Below are positions 1 to 8,076 of a stretch of 54,163 bases of DNA, one piece after another (positions within the stretch are counted from its first letter, which is position 1; every line of letters begins with the position of its first letter). Source of the stretch: Candidatus Anderseniibacteriota bacterium (GTDB taxonomy: Bacteria; Patescibacteriota; Andersenbacteria; UBA10190); assembly GCA_052034485.1 (NCBI GenBank), contig JBPOIM010000029.1, positions 1 through 54,163 on the forward strand. The letters run 5' to 3'. A model generated the notes under the pieces. It was not told the origin of the DNA. It saw nothing but the letters and a program-made list of their open reading frames with translations, and made no database searches. The translations under genes were made by a program, and so were the position numbers.

Positions 1-374
1 ACGAGCTTTAAAATTTGTGTAACAGATGTTCGAATTTCTTTTGGCTGCGCTCCCCCTACTTCCATAGCGAATGCAATGTTTTCAAATGCAGTGCGCTTCG
101 GTAGTAATTTAAAATCCTGGAACACCACTCCGATTTGCCGACGCAAATATGGAATCTGCCAGTTCTTTATTTTTGTAATATCCCATCCGTCTATGACAAT
201 TGCGCCTTCACTCGGTTTTTCTTCGGCAGATAGCAGCTTTAAGAGAGTGGACTTTCCCGCTCCGCTCTGCCCTACGATAGACACAAAGTCTCCGGTTGGA
301 ATTTTCAGTGTTACATCCGTAAGTGCCGGGCTGTTTTCAGAATACTGCTTCGAAACTTTAGTAAAAGTAATCAT
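1..374 (-). CDS. ftsE: Cell-division ABC ATPase FtsE, N-terminal part (gene continues past the window start)
   Basis: Not in the ORF track because it is open at the edge. Minus-strand ATG at 374..372 reads MITFTKVSKQYSENSPALTDVTLKIPTGDFVSIVGQSGAGKSTLLKLL...YLRRQIGVVFQDFKLLP. This gives a Walker A motif plus an FtsE-type N-terminus. It lies 11 nt downstream of prfB. Confidence 0.8.
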   Translation of the reverse strand, partial: MITFTKVSKQYSENSPALTDVTLKIPTGDFVSIVGQSGAGKSTLLKLLSAEEKPSEGAIVIDGWDITKIKNWQIPYLRRQIGVVFQDFKLLPKRTAFENIAFAMEVGGAQPKEIRTSVTQILKL

Positions 375-385
375 ACGTATGGGGA

Positions 386-1460
386 TTAGTATAGCATAAA
401 CAAGTCCAAATCCCCGTCCAGTACCGCGTTTGCATTGTGGGTTTCTACATTTGTCCGATGGTCCTTTACGAGCGTATATGGATGGAGCACATACGAGCGA
501 ATTTGGCTTCCAAACGCTGCTTCCATATGCGTTCCTTTTAAGTCCTGTACTTCCTGTACGTGCTGTTCTTCGAGGAGCATTTGGATACGTGCCGCAAGGA
601 GTGACATAGCTGTTGCTTTGTTTTGCGCTTGGGAGCGTTGTGATTGTGATTGCGTCACAATGCCAGTTGGAATATGGCGGATGCGCACCGCAGAGCTTGT
701 TTTGTTTACGTGTTGCCCACCTGCGCCGCTTGCGCGGAAGGTATCTATCTCCAAATCTTTCGGGTCAATAACGGGGGCATCTTTTTCTTGTAACTCTGGC
801 AGTACTTCAACTCGCGCAAACGAAGTTTGGCGTAAGTTGTTTGCATTAAATGGAGAAAGCCGCACCAGCCGATGTACACCATGTTCGCCTTTTAGTATTC
901 CGTATGCATATGGTCCTTGAATGAGGAGTGTTGCGTGCTTAATTCCCGCTTCTTCTCCAAGAGTTTCTTCAATGAGCGAGGCCTTCCAGCCTTTTCGTTC
1001 TGCAAAACGTACATACATGCGCGAAAGCATATTTGCCCAATCTTGGGCGTCTGTGCCCCCCGCTCCTGCTTGAATGGAAATAATTGCGTTGGTGGCATCG
1101 TGCGGACCGGAAAATGCGAGCAGTTTTTCTTTTTCTTGGAGTGTTTTTTCAATACTCTCAAGTTCTGTTGCAATATCTTTTGCTGTGCTCTCGTCTCCCT
1201 CGCTTTGCGCCATGGCAGATAGGTCTTGTAGTTCCGATAACTTTTTCTGTGTGTCTTCTACAAATGAAATATCTTTTTCAATTTCAGATAACTCTTGCGT
1301 AAGCGTTGCTGCGCGAGTGTGGTCGTTCCAAAAATCTGGCTCTTGTTGGAGTGCTACAATTTCCTGTACTCGATTGTGCTTTGCTGGTACGTCAAAGACG
1401 GTCGGATAGTGCAAGTATCCGCCGATTTAGATCTTCAATGTGTTCTATAGGTGAAGACAT
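386..1460 (-). CDS. prfB: Peptide chain release factor 2, expressed via programmed +1 frameshift (ORF0 1460..1395, skip T1394, main frame 1393..386)
   Basis: The long ORF has RF2 hallmarks: SPF (RLSPFNA) and GGQ (SGAGGQHVNK). Upstream, ATG 1460 opens a 22-codon ORF0 (MSSPIEHIEDLNRRILALSDRL) ending in CTT TGA C at 1397..1391. A +1 shift joins DVPAKHNRVQEI in the long frame. Confidence 0.92.
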
Positions 1461-1461
1461 A

Positions 1462-1537
1462 TGGAGCCACCTGTGGGAATCGAACCCACGACCTTTACGT
1501 TACGAATGTAATGCTCTGCCGACTGAGCTAAGGTGGC
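1462..1537 (-). tRNA. tRNA-Thr (anticodon CGT), CCA encoded
   Basis: Hand-folded cloverleaf. Acceptor GCCACCT/AGGTGGC, D-arm GCTC..GAGC, anticodon loop TTCGTAA, T-arm GTGGG-TTCGATT-CCCAC, discriminator T, then CCA. There is one A-C mismatch at the base of the anticodon stem. Confidence 0.9.
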
Positions 1538-1587
1538 GCTGTGTATGGAGCATAGCGCGGGAATGTGTGCCATTGCAATATTTAGCA

Positions 1588-1851
1588 TTATATTGCGCCT
1601 TCTTGCATAAGGAGGGCCTGTTTTGCGCTTGTCCCGCCCCTGTTGTATTCCCCCAGGCTTCCGTTTGCCCGCACAACACGGTGGCACGGTACATCGGGGA
1701 GGAAATTATGCTTCATAATTGTTCCAACAGCTCGAGAGGCTCCAGGGCTTCCCGCAAGCACCGCAACTTCCCCATACGTCATCGTTGACCCTTTTGGGAT
1801 ACTTCGTACTACATCCAGCACGCGCTCGGTAAATGAAGGATGATTCTGCAT
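1588..1851 (-). CDS. MGMT-family protein (single-domain O6-alkylguanine-DNA alkyltransferase-like)
   Basis: 87 aa with the PCHRVV active-site motif and the preceding DNA-binding helix region (TYGEVAVLAGSPGASRAVG). No N-terminal domain is present. Confidence 0.8.
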   Translation of the reverse strand: MQNHPSFTERVLDVVRSIPKGSTMTYGEVAVLAGSPGASRAVGTIMKHNFLPDVPCHRVVRANGSLGEYNRGGTSAKQALLMQEGAI

Positions 1852-1909
1852 ATGTACATGGTACTATGAGAAGAGATAAACTCCACTTATTTTTTATCTT
1901 TTCTACGCT

Positions 1910-2296
1910 ATGGTGAATCTAAAAAACATGATCCTTCCGTGTATTGCGATACTTTTTGTATGGGCAGTACAAGGTCAGGTTGCATCTGCTCAAAATCCTG
2001 GTCTTACGCAAGTTACGAACTCTGACCCTATACCGCTTGCGAGCAAGTATCCTTTACCAAGCCCCCCTGGAGGGGTCGATAATGCGCTCCGCGATATCTT
2101 TATTGGATGGGGTATATTCATGATCGCTTTTTCGGCTATTTCTCTTTTTACTACTGTATTTTGGATCATGATGTTGATCCATGTTGCAAAGCATGATGTT
2201 GAAAATAAAACGCTGTGGATACTTCTTATGGTGTTTACGGGAGTTGTGGGCGCCTTAGTGTACTACTTGGTCGTAAAAAGGAGTTACGGAGAATAG
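1910..2296 (+). CDS. Small secreted/membrane protein, PLDc_N-like C-terminal membrane hairpin
   Basis: Signal-like N-terminus (ILPCIAILFVWAVQGQVASA). Two C-terminal TM helices ending LWILLMVFTGVVGALVYYLVVKR, reminiscent of PLD-nuclease N-terminal-domain small membrane proteins. Confidence 0.5.
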   Translation: MVNLKNMILPCIAILFVWAVQGQVASAQNPGLTQVTNSDPIPLASKYPLPSPPGGVDNALRDIFIGWGIFMIAFSAISLFTTVFWIMMLIHVAKHDVENKTLWILLMVFTGVVGALVYYLVVKRSYGE

Positions 2297-2298
2297 TA

Positions 2299-2326
2299 TT
2301 GACAAATTATTTATATCATGTATTAT
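2299..2326 (+). promoter_or_regulatory. Candidate sigma70-type promoter TTGACA-16 nt-TATTAT
   Basis: TTGACA at 2299..2304 and TATTAT at 2321..2326. It starts 3 nt after the upstream stop codon and points into about 100 nt of gene-free sequence that ends at a terminator. Confidence 0.35.
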
Positions 2327-2394
2327 GTACTGTTCTTTTAAGTAGTACATATTCATCTTCACGAATGAGCAGCGTTCTTCCGCAATGCTCCTTG

Positions 2395-2425
2395 CACCCC
2401 TCTCTCGTTGAGCCGGGGTGTTTTT
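2395..2425 (+). terminator. Rho-independent terminator, plus-strand sense
   Basis: Stem CACCCC (2395..2400) / GGGGTG (2415..2420) with a 14-nt loop, then TTTTT at 2421..2425. Read on the minus strand, no U-run follows the hairpin. Confidence 0.5.
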
Positions 2426-2675
2426 ATAATGTATTGTCTGCAAAATATTGCTTCAATTTTCTTCTTCCTCCACCGCTTTTCCAATATTTTTCTCGTTTCT
2501 TGGCTTCAGCGGAAGTTTCGAATTCTTCTGTGAATAATAACTTAAATGGTCGTCGATTTTTTGTAGCCTTTGCTCTGCCGCTATTATGTTCAGCGAGTCG
2601 TCGTTCTACATTATCTGAATACCCAACATAGGTTCTGCTATCTTTTAGGCTTTGAAGGATATAAATAAAGTACAT
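2424..2675 (-). CDS. GIY-YIG nuclease family protein (UPF0213-like)
   Basis: MYFIYILQSLKDSRTYVGYSDNVERRLAEHNSG... carries the classic GIY-(10)-YVG and R..EHN motifs. 83 aa. Confidence 0.9.
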   Translation of the reverse strand: MYFIYILQSLKDSRTYVGYSDNVERRLAEHNSGRAKATKNRRPFKLLFTEEFETSAEAKKREKYWKSGGGRRKLKQYFADNTL

Positions 2676-2749
2676 AGCAATATCTTGCGAGCGGGCCGCC
2701 CAAGCAAAGCTTGGGACGAGCCTCGCTCAAAAAATCTTTAGATTTTTTG

Positions 2750-2820
2750 AGCGGGATACGGGAATCGAACCCGTGCCTCAACCTTGGGAAGGTCGTATAC
2801 TACCACTGTATTAATCCCGC
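2750..2820 (-). tRNA. tRNA-Gly (anticodon CCC), no encoded CCA
   Basis: Hand fold. Acceptor GCGGGAT/ATCCCGC, D-arm ATAC..GTAT, anticodon stem CGACC/GGTTG with loop TTCCCAA, T-arm ACGGG-TTCGATT-CCCGT, discriminator T followed by CAA. Confidence 0.9.
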
Positions 2821-2830
2821 ATGGATACTA

Positions 2831-3352
2831 TTATCGTGCGACTACCTCCCCCTTACTACTATCCCACGCGTAGCGAAAAAGCAAGGATACAACCCTGTGC
2901 TGTTTAGCAAGACTGGCGTACACATCGTCTGATGTTGTAAGGTTGTGTTCTTTTGCGTACGCCTCTTGCATCAGGAATGGAATAGTGACGGAGTCGTCGT
3001 ATTCTTGGAATGAAGAAAAGCCAATCGGTCGAATTGTCTGCTCGTCGGTAAGATGCAGAACGCTCGTGCGGTACTTTACGGCTTCGTTTTCTGATATAGA
3101 TGTATTTCCAAATGCTTTCAGTAAATGAATGCGAATAAGCGTGGTTAAAATGGACTGTTCAGGTGGAGTGTCTGCGTTCGTAAGGCGTGCAAACGATTGG
3201 GCATATGTTTTTTCTTTGGCGAGCAAGGATGTTGTTACACAGCCACGAAGAGTACATAGTATTGGTCGTGCAAATGAGTGCTGCCACCATATTCCAAGGA
3301 GCGCCAGTATAAGAATGGCGAGGATGCTCCACGATACGAGAGTCTTGTTCAT
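2831..3352 (-). CDS. Hypothetical N-terminally membrane-anchored protein
   Basis: 173-aa ORF with one N-terminal TM (SWSILAILILALLGIWW). Its start overlaps the upstream gene's stop, suggesting coupling. No motif recognised. Confidence 0.6.
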   Translation of the reverse strand: MNKTLVSWSILAILILALLGIWWQHSFARPILCTLRGCVTTSLLAKEKTYAQSFARLTNADTPPEQSILTTLIRIHLLKAFGNTSISENEAVKYRTSVLHLTDEQTIRPIGFSSFQEYDDSVTIPFLMQEAYAKEHNLTTSDDVYASLAKQHRVVSLLFRYAWDSSKGEVVAR

Positions 3353-3735
3353 TGCGGTGATGTTGGTTTATCTACAAAAAATGCGTACCACCAAGAAAGC
3401 GGAATTGAAAGTTCTTGTACATCTGGCGCGGGGGCAGTCTCTTCTTTTTTTGTTGCGGATGAATGCTCCGGAATAAGGACTACTTTTTCGCCTGGCGCTT
3501 TGTAGTTGAGTTGTTCGCGTGCAAGGCGTTCTCTGTAGTCGGCGGTTTTAAAGTATTCGTTTAATTGTCCTAGCTCTACAACTCGCTTTTCCATTTTGCT
3601 TACTTCCCCTTCTAGCTGAGATATCTCGCGCTGTACCTGCCAGCGACGATTCATTTCTTGCGCGAGGGAAAATAAAATCAACAAGACAACCAAAGCGGTG
3701 ATACCGAGCATGAGATTTGGTTTAAACACTGCCAT
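3349..3735 (-). CDS. Septum formation initiator family protein (FtsB/DivIC-like)
   Basis: N-terminal TM followed by a coiled coil (EISQLEGEVSKMEKRVVELGQLNEY) and the conserved ...YRERLAREQLNYKAPGEKVV segment. Confidence 0.75.
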   Translation of the reverse strand: MAVFKPNLMLGITALVVLLILFSLAQEMNRRWQVQREISQLEGEVSKMEKRVVELGQLNEYFKTADYRERLAREQLNYKAPGEKVVLIPEHSSATKKEETAPAPDVQELSIPLSWWYAFFVDKPTSPQ

Positions 3736-3745
3736 GAATATACTC

Positions 3746-4771
3746 TTATGGAGTGATGGTCAATACCCGCTGCTGGTCTTGTCGAAGAATGGTTACTTGA
3801 AGCGGTTTTGAGGAAAGGGCGGTATACATATTGGTGTCCCACGATACGGTATTTCCGTCTATTGCGGTAATTGTATCCCCTACCTTCAAGCCAGCTGCAC
3901 TTGCGGGGGTGGAAGGAGTTACTGACGCTACAGTTGCTTGAATTTTTATCGTTCTGTCAGCGGCAAATACTCCATTCCACGCTACGGTGAACCCAAACGA
4001 TGCAAACGGATTGTTTGCAAGCGTGTTAGAAGAAAGTCTATCGAGTACGGCGCGAATGTCGGAAGCTAAGAGAGCAGTTTTCTTTTCTGGGTCAATAACA
4101 ATTCCTGTGAGCTTCCCGTTTTCATCAAGAAGTGGTGCGCCCGGTAAAGAGGTGTCGGATATTGTAAATTGCCCTACTTGCTGAACTCCTGGTGCGTGCG
4201 GAAGCGATGGAAGAATTGGCGCTGCAAACAGTGCGTTTGTGGAAGATATCTGTGCGGTTGCTTGTTGGCGGTATAGTGCCAACAGTGATGCGCCTACGCG
4301 AAGAGAATTTTGTGCTACATCGATAGGGGCAATAATTCTGTCGGTAATTTTATACAGCGTAAGCCCGGAAAGAACATCTTCTCCTACTGGAGTAAGAGGG
4401 GCTGCGGTGTTGTCGTCCCCAATTGCAATAAGTTGGTCCTTTGGAGAAGTTGCTTGAACAGTCGTAATGATAACTCCATCGTTGGTGAGCGCGGTCCCTA
4501 TGCCGAGCGGGATTGTCCCTTTTGACGTTTCTTCCGCAATTAAAAATACGGACTTCCTATGCGTTGCAACAATGTCTTCTGATGACTTGCTTGGAGAAAT
4601 TGTGATTTGCTGAGATACAGGAACAATTGTTTTGGTTGTGTCAGAGATGAGCGGGAGGGGTTTTTCAAAAATTCTTGAGCCAATGTATCCTCCGAATATT
4701 CCAATACATACAATAAGCAGGAATATAAGAAGAATACTGCTTAAGGAAAGGGTGATACTTTTTGTGGACAT
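3746..4771 (-). CDS. Membrane-anchored HtrA-like trypsin-fold + PDZ protein, catalytic triad apparently lost
   Basis: N-terminal TM, an S1C-like core (GIGTALTNDGVIITT...LSGLTLYKI...LPGAPLLDENGKLTGIV) and a C-terminal PDZ (LKVGDTITAIDGNTV). The positions expected for His/Asp/Ser read Q/G/P by eye. Confidence 0.6.
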   Translation of the reverse strand: MSTKSITLSLSSILLIFLLIVCIGIFGGYIGSRIFEKPLPLISDTTKTIVPVSQQITISPSKSSEDIVATHRKSVFLIAEETSKGTIPLGIGTALTNDGVIITTVQATSPKDQLIAIGDDNTAAPLTPVGEDVLSGLTLYKITDRIIAPIDVAQNSLRVGASLLALYRQQATAQISSTNALFAAPILPSLPHAPGVQQVGQFTISDTSLPGAPLLDENGKLTGIVIDPEKKTALLASDIRAVLDRLSSNTLANNPFASFGFTVAWNGVFAADRTIKIQATVASVTPSTPASAAGLKVGDTITAIDGNTVSWDTNMYTALSSKPLQVTILRQDQQRVLTITP

Positions 4772-4797
4772 AGGATGTTGTGTTTTAGTATAGCACT

Positions 4798-5565
4798 TTA
4801 CGACCAGTTGGCTGTTAAGACGAGCAAGATAATTGCACCTCCGCCTACGAGCCCGTATTCAATAATCGTTTTTCGTTCAATGTTTTTCTCAATAGCAATG
4901 GTTGCGAGTTGAGATGTCGTGTAGTATGTCGCAACCAAAAAGCCTGCCTGCACAATAAAGTGAAGTGGAAGGAACTGAAGAATCCATGCGATTTCAGTAA
5001 GCGTAAACCCAAGCGCAAGCGCGATTAAGCCTGCTTCGCTGGTGGATTGAACGTATCGAAGGAAGGACTGAAACGATAATAGTGTAACAATCACAAATAT
5101 AAGCGCGAGCATGCCCCATACTGGTGCGTAGAATAGGAATCTCCACCCAATTGTAGGAACAAGAGCGGCAAACAGCACGGTAAGTGATATAACCATATTC
5201 CAAGTTGGCCATGCTTGCTTTGCTCCATATTTGAGGATGGTGAAAAAGACAATGGCACATGCAATAAAGTACACATGCAGCAATGCGGTAACTGGCAAGT
5301 ATACTGCAAGGCCGGCAAACCCAAACGCAGCAAGTGTTGGGAGAATTGTTTGTGTTGAATGAAACTGTGCACCCTCTTCAGATCGAATAAGAAATACTCC
5401 AATAACTAAAATTCCGAGAAGTAGGAAGAGAAGTAAAAATAGCCATCGGTGAATAACGAATAAGAGTTCTAGTCCAATGAATAAAAAGAGCGATAAAATC
5501 GCATAGTGAGAAGATGGAAAGATGCGCGTAATAGATCTCAGCAACGGTCCGATGCGTGTATCCAT
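4798..5565 (-). CDS. Hypothetical multi-pass membrane protein
   Basis: About 8 hydrophobic helices. I chose the ATG at 5565 (MDTRIGPLL...) because the longer ORF-track start would overlap trxB by 83 nt. Confidence 0.6.
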   Translation of the reverse strand: MDTRIGPLLRSITRIFPSSHYAILSLFLFIGLELLFVIHRWLFLLLFLLLGILVIGVFLIRSEEGAQFHSTQTILPTLAAFGFAGLAVYLPVTALLHVYFIACAIVFFTILKYGAKQAWPTWNMVISLTVLFAALVPTIGWRFLFYAPVWGMLALIFVIVTLLSFQSFLRYVQSTSEAGLIALALGFTLTEIAWILQFLPLHFIVQAGFLVATYYTTSQLATIAIEKNIERKTIIEYGLVGGGAIILLVLTANWS

Positions 5566-5575
5566 AGAGTAGGTA

Positions 5576-6499
5576 TTATTTTGGAAGTCGGCTGATGTAG
5601 TCGCCAGCAGAAAGTGCAGCTGAGCACCCGTGCCCTGCCGCAACAACAATCTGGGCATCGCGAATATCGGTTACATCTCCTGCTGCAAAAAATCCGGGAA
5701 CACTTGTTACGCCGTAGCGGTCAGCGGGAATAGATCCAAATTTTGTAAGTTCTAATAACTCTCCAACTGGCTTGGTATTTGGAATTGCCCCGATGGTAAC
5801 AAAGATACCTTCAACAGGAAGTGTTTCTTCTTTTCCTGTTTTTACATCTTCGTATGTGAGTGAAGATACCATTGGGTCTCCTTCTATCTTTGTCGTTTTG
5901 GTTCCAGTGATAATGCGAACATTTGGATCGTTTTCGAAGTTAGCAACCAAAACGGGGTCGGCAATAAGTTTGTCTTTGTCTTGGAGAACATAAATTTTCT
6001 TTGCAATTTTCTGCAACATAATAACGGCCTCTGCTCCAGTGTTGCCTCCACCAACAACGGCAACATCCTTTCCTGCAAATAGTGGAGCATCGCATGTGGC
6101 GCAATACGTAACGCCCAAGTTTTTGTGCTCTGCTTCCCCGGGTATGCCAAGCATACGTGGGTGGCGCCCCGCGGTGTAAATAACAGTTTTGCTTTCGTAT
6201 GTTTCCCCTGCTTCTGAAGTTGAGATAAATACATCTCCTTCTTTCTTCACGTTCGCAATTTTCCCAATCACGGTTGTAATAGCGTCTTTATGCGTGCCAA
6301 TGTGCGAAATCATTTTGTCTGCAAGGGTATTGCCGTCGGTAAGGCCGTCTCCGATCCAGTTTTCAATTTCACCAGAATTGCGCACCTCTCCCCCAGGAAG
6401 TTCGCCGATTATAAGAACACTCAATTGTTTACGTGCAGCGTACAGCGCCGCGGTCATGCCAGCGGGCCCATACCCTACAATAAGTACATCAATCATCAT
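5576..6499 (-). CDS. trxB: Thioredoxin-disulfide reductase
   Basis: FAD motif VGYGPAGMTAA, redox-active CATCDAPLF, NADPH motif VVGGGNTGAEA. Confidence 0.92.
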   Translation of the reverse strand: MMIDVLIVGYGPAGMTAALYAARKQLSVLIIGELPGGEVRNSGEIENWIGDGLTDGNTLADKMISHIGTHKDAITTVIGKIANVKKEGDVFISTSEAGETYESKTVIYTAGRHPRMLGIPGEAEHKNLGVTYCATCDAPLFAGKDVAVVGGGNTGAEAVIMLQKIAKKIYVLQDKDKLIADPVLVANFENDPNVRIITGTKTTKIEGDPMVSSLTYEDVKTGKEETLPVEGIFVTIGAIPNTKPVGELLELTKFGSIPADRYGVTSVPGFFAAGDVTDIRDAQIVVAAGHGCSAALSAGDYISRLPK

Positions 6500-6747
6500 A
6501 GAGAAAGTGCATGACGAAGGGCGCTTTCGTCAAATCCAATAATCATCTGCTTGTCTGCGTCATCTCCAATAAAAATAACAGGAACGCCCATTTGGCCGGA
6601 TTTTTCTATCATTTCTCGAGCTTTTGTAGGATCTGCGCCCACGTCAATTTCATCAAAGGGAACGTTGTGTTTGTGGAGAAGGTCTTTTGTTGCCTTGCAA
6701 TACTGGCATGTTTTTGTGGTATAGATTGTGACTGCTGGAAATTGCAT
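6496..6747 (-). CDS. Glutaredoxin-like protein (NrdH/YruB type)
   Basis: Reads TIYTTKTCQYCKATKDLL...GVPVIFIG, a CxxC thioredoxin fold. ATGA overlap with trxB. The ATG at 6747 is preferred over the ORF-track TTG at 6777. Confidence 0.8.
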   Translation of the reverse strand: MQFPAVTIYTTKTCQYCKATKDLLHKHNVPFDEIDVGADPTKAREMIEKSGQMGVPVIFIGDDADKQMIIGFDESALRHALSL

Positions 6748-6798
6748 ACGGTGTAGTATACCGTAGACACCTGTCAAATGCCATGATAGCGTGTAGGC

Positions 6799-8076
6799 AT
6801 GGCAAAAACACTTTCTGTGGTCGGATTAGGGTATGTTGGGTTACCCCTTGCGCTGCTTGCGAGAAGTAAGGGATGGGATGTAACAGGGCTCGATGTAGAT
6901 GCGCAAAAGGTAGAAAAAATTAATAAAGGAGTAGCTCCTTTTGAGGATGCGTATGTAGCAGATGAGCTTGCAAAAAGCCCCCTTTCTGCAACAGTGGACC
7001 CCTCGAGCGTTGCGAATGTGGACGTTGTGGTAATTGCGGTGCCAACCCCCGTTACGGATGATCGGATTCCAGATTTAACTCCGCTTACATCTTCGCTTGA
7101 AGCCATTCTTCCCCATTTAAAGAATGGGCAGCTTCTTTCTATAGAATCTACAATCAACCCGGGTGTGATGACGGAAGTGGTTGTTCCTATTTTAAATACA
7201 CGGCTTGACCTTTCGTTGCTTGTTGTGCATTGTCCGGAACGAGTGAATCCAGGAGATCCAAAATGGTCCGTCCGAAATATCCCTCGCGTTATTGGTGGGC
7301 TTACAAAAGAAGCAGCGGCGCGCGGAAAAGAATTTTACGAGAGCATTCTTGATGCATCGGTGAAAGAAATGGATTCTATTACCGAAGCGGAAGCAGTGAA
7401 GATTTTAGAAAATACCTTTCGAGATATCAACATTGCGTTTGTAAATGAAATGGCAAAATCGTTTGATAAGCTTGGGATTGATATTAAAAACGTTATTGAA
7501 GGCGCTTCTACAAAGCCTTTTGCATTTATGCCGCACTACCCTGGCAACGGTGTTGGTGGGCACTGCATTAGCGTTGATCCGTACTACATGATTGAGCGTG
7601 CTCGCCAAGTTGGGTTTGAACATGAGTTTTTGAAGCTTGCACGCAGTATTAATAACAGTATGCCAGAGTATACTGTGTCGCTTGTTGACCGTGCGGTTGA
7701 AGCTGCCGGGGTTACGGATCGCCCTATTACTATCGCCCTTCTTGGGCTTTCGTATAAAAAAGATATTGATGATATTCGAGAAAGTCCTGCGCTGGAAATT
7801 TGCCATATATTAGAACAGCGCTCCGATGTTTCCCTTCGTGTATTTGATCCGCATGTACCATCGCTTTCTACGGTAGGATCACTAGAAGAAGCTCTGCAGG
7901 GCGCTCACGGAGTTCTGCTCGGAACAAATCACACAGTGTTTGTGGATGCGTTATCTCCTACGGCGCTTCACGACGCTGGTATTCAGTTTGTTATTGATGG
8001 GAAAAACGCACTCGATGCAAACGGTATTGCATCGCAGCATATCGCGTATTTCGGAATTGGACGAAGCAAAAACTAA
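6799..8076 (+). CDS. Nucleotide-sugar dehydrogenase (UDP-glucose/GDP-mannose dehydrogenase family)
   Basis: N-terminal Rossmann motif VVGLGYVGLPLAL, catalytic-Cys region GNGVGGHCISVDP, 425 aa. Confidence 0.88.
   Translation: MAKTLSVVGLGYVGLPLALLARSKGWDVTGLDVDAQKVEKINKGVAPFEDAYVADELAKSPLSATVDPSSVANVDVVVIAVPTPVTDDRIPDLTPLTSSLEAILPHLKNGQLLSIESTINPGVMTEVVVPILNTRLDLSLLVVHCPERVNPGDPKWSVRNIPRVIGGLTKEAAARGKEFYESILDASVKEMDSITEAEAVKILENTFRDINIAFVNEMAKSFDKLGIDIKNVIEGASTKPFAFMPHYPGNGVGGHCISVDPYYMIERARQVGFEHEFLKLARSINNSMPEYTVSLVDRAVEAAGVTDRPITIALLGLSYKKDIDDIRESPALEICHILEQRSDVSLRVFDPHVPSLSTVGSLEEALQGAHGVLLGTNHTVFVDALSPTALHDAGIQFVIDGKNALDANGIASQHIAYFGIGRSKN

Noticed and set aside
76-399. A 107-aa plus-strand ORF at the window start.
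   Set aside because: It is antisense to the clear FtsE N-terminus (Walker A) encoded on the minus strand at 374..1.
1306-1788. ORFs of 160, 80 and 64 aa overlapping the tRNA-Thr region.
   Set aside because: They cover tRNA-Thr, the prfB ORF0 and the MGMT gene in other frames or on the other strand. They have no independent support.
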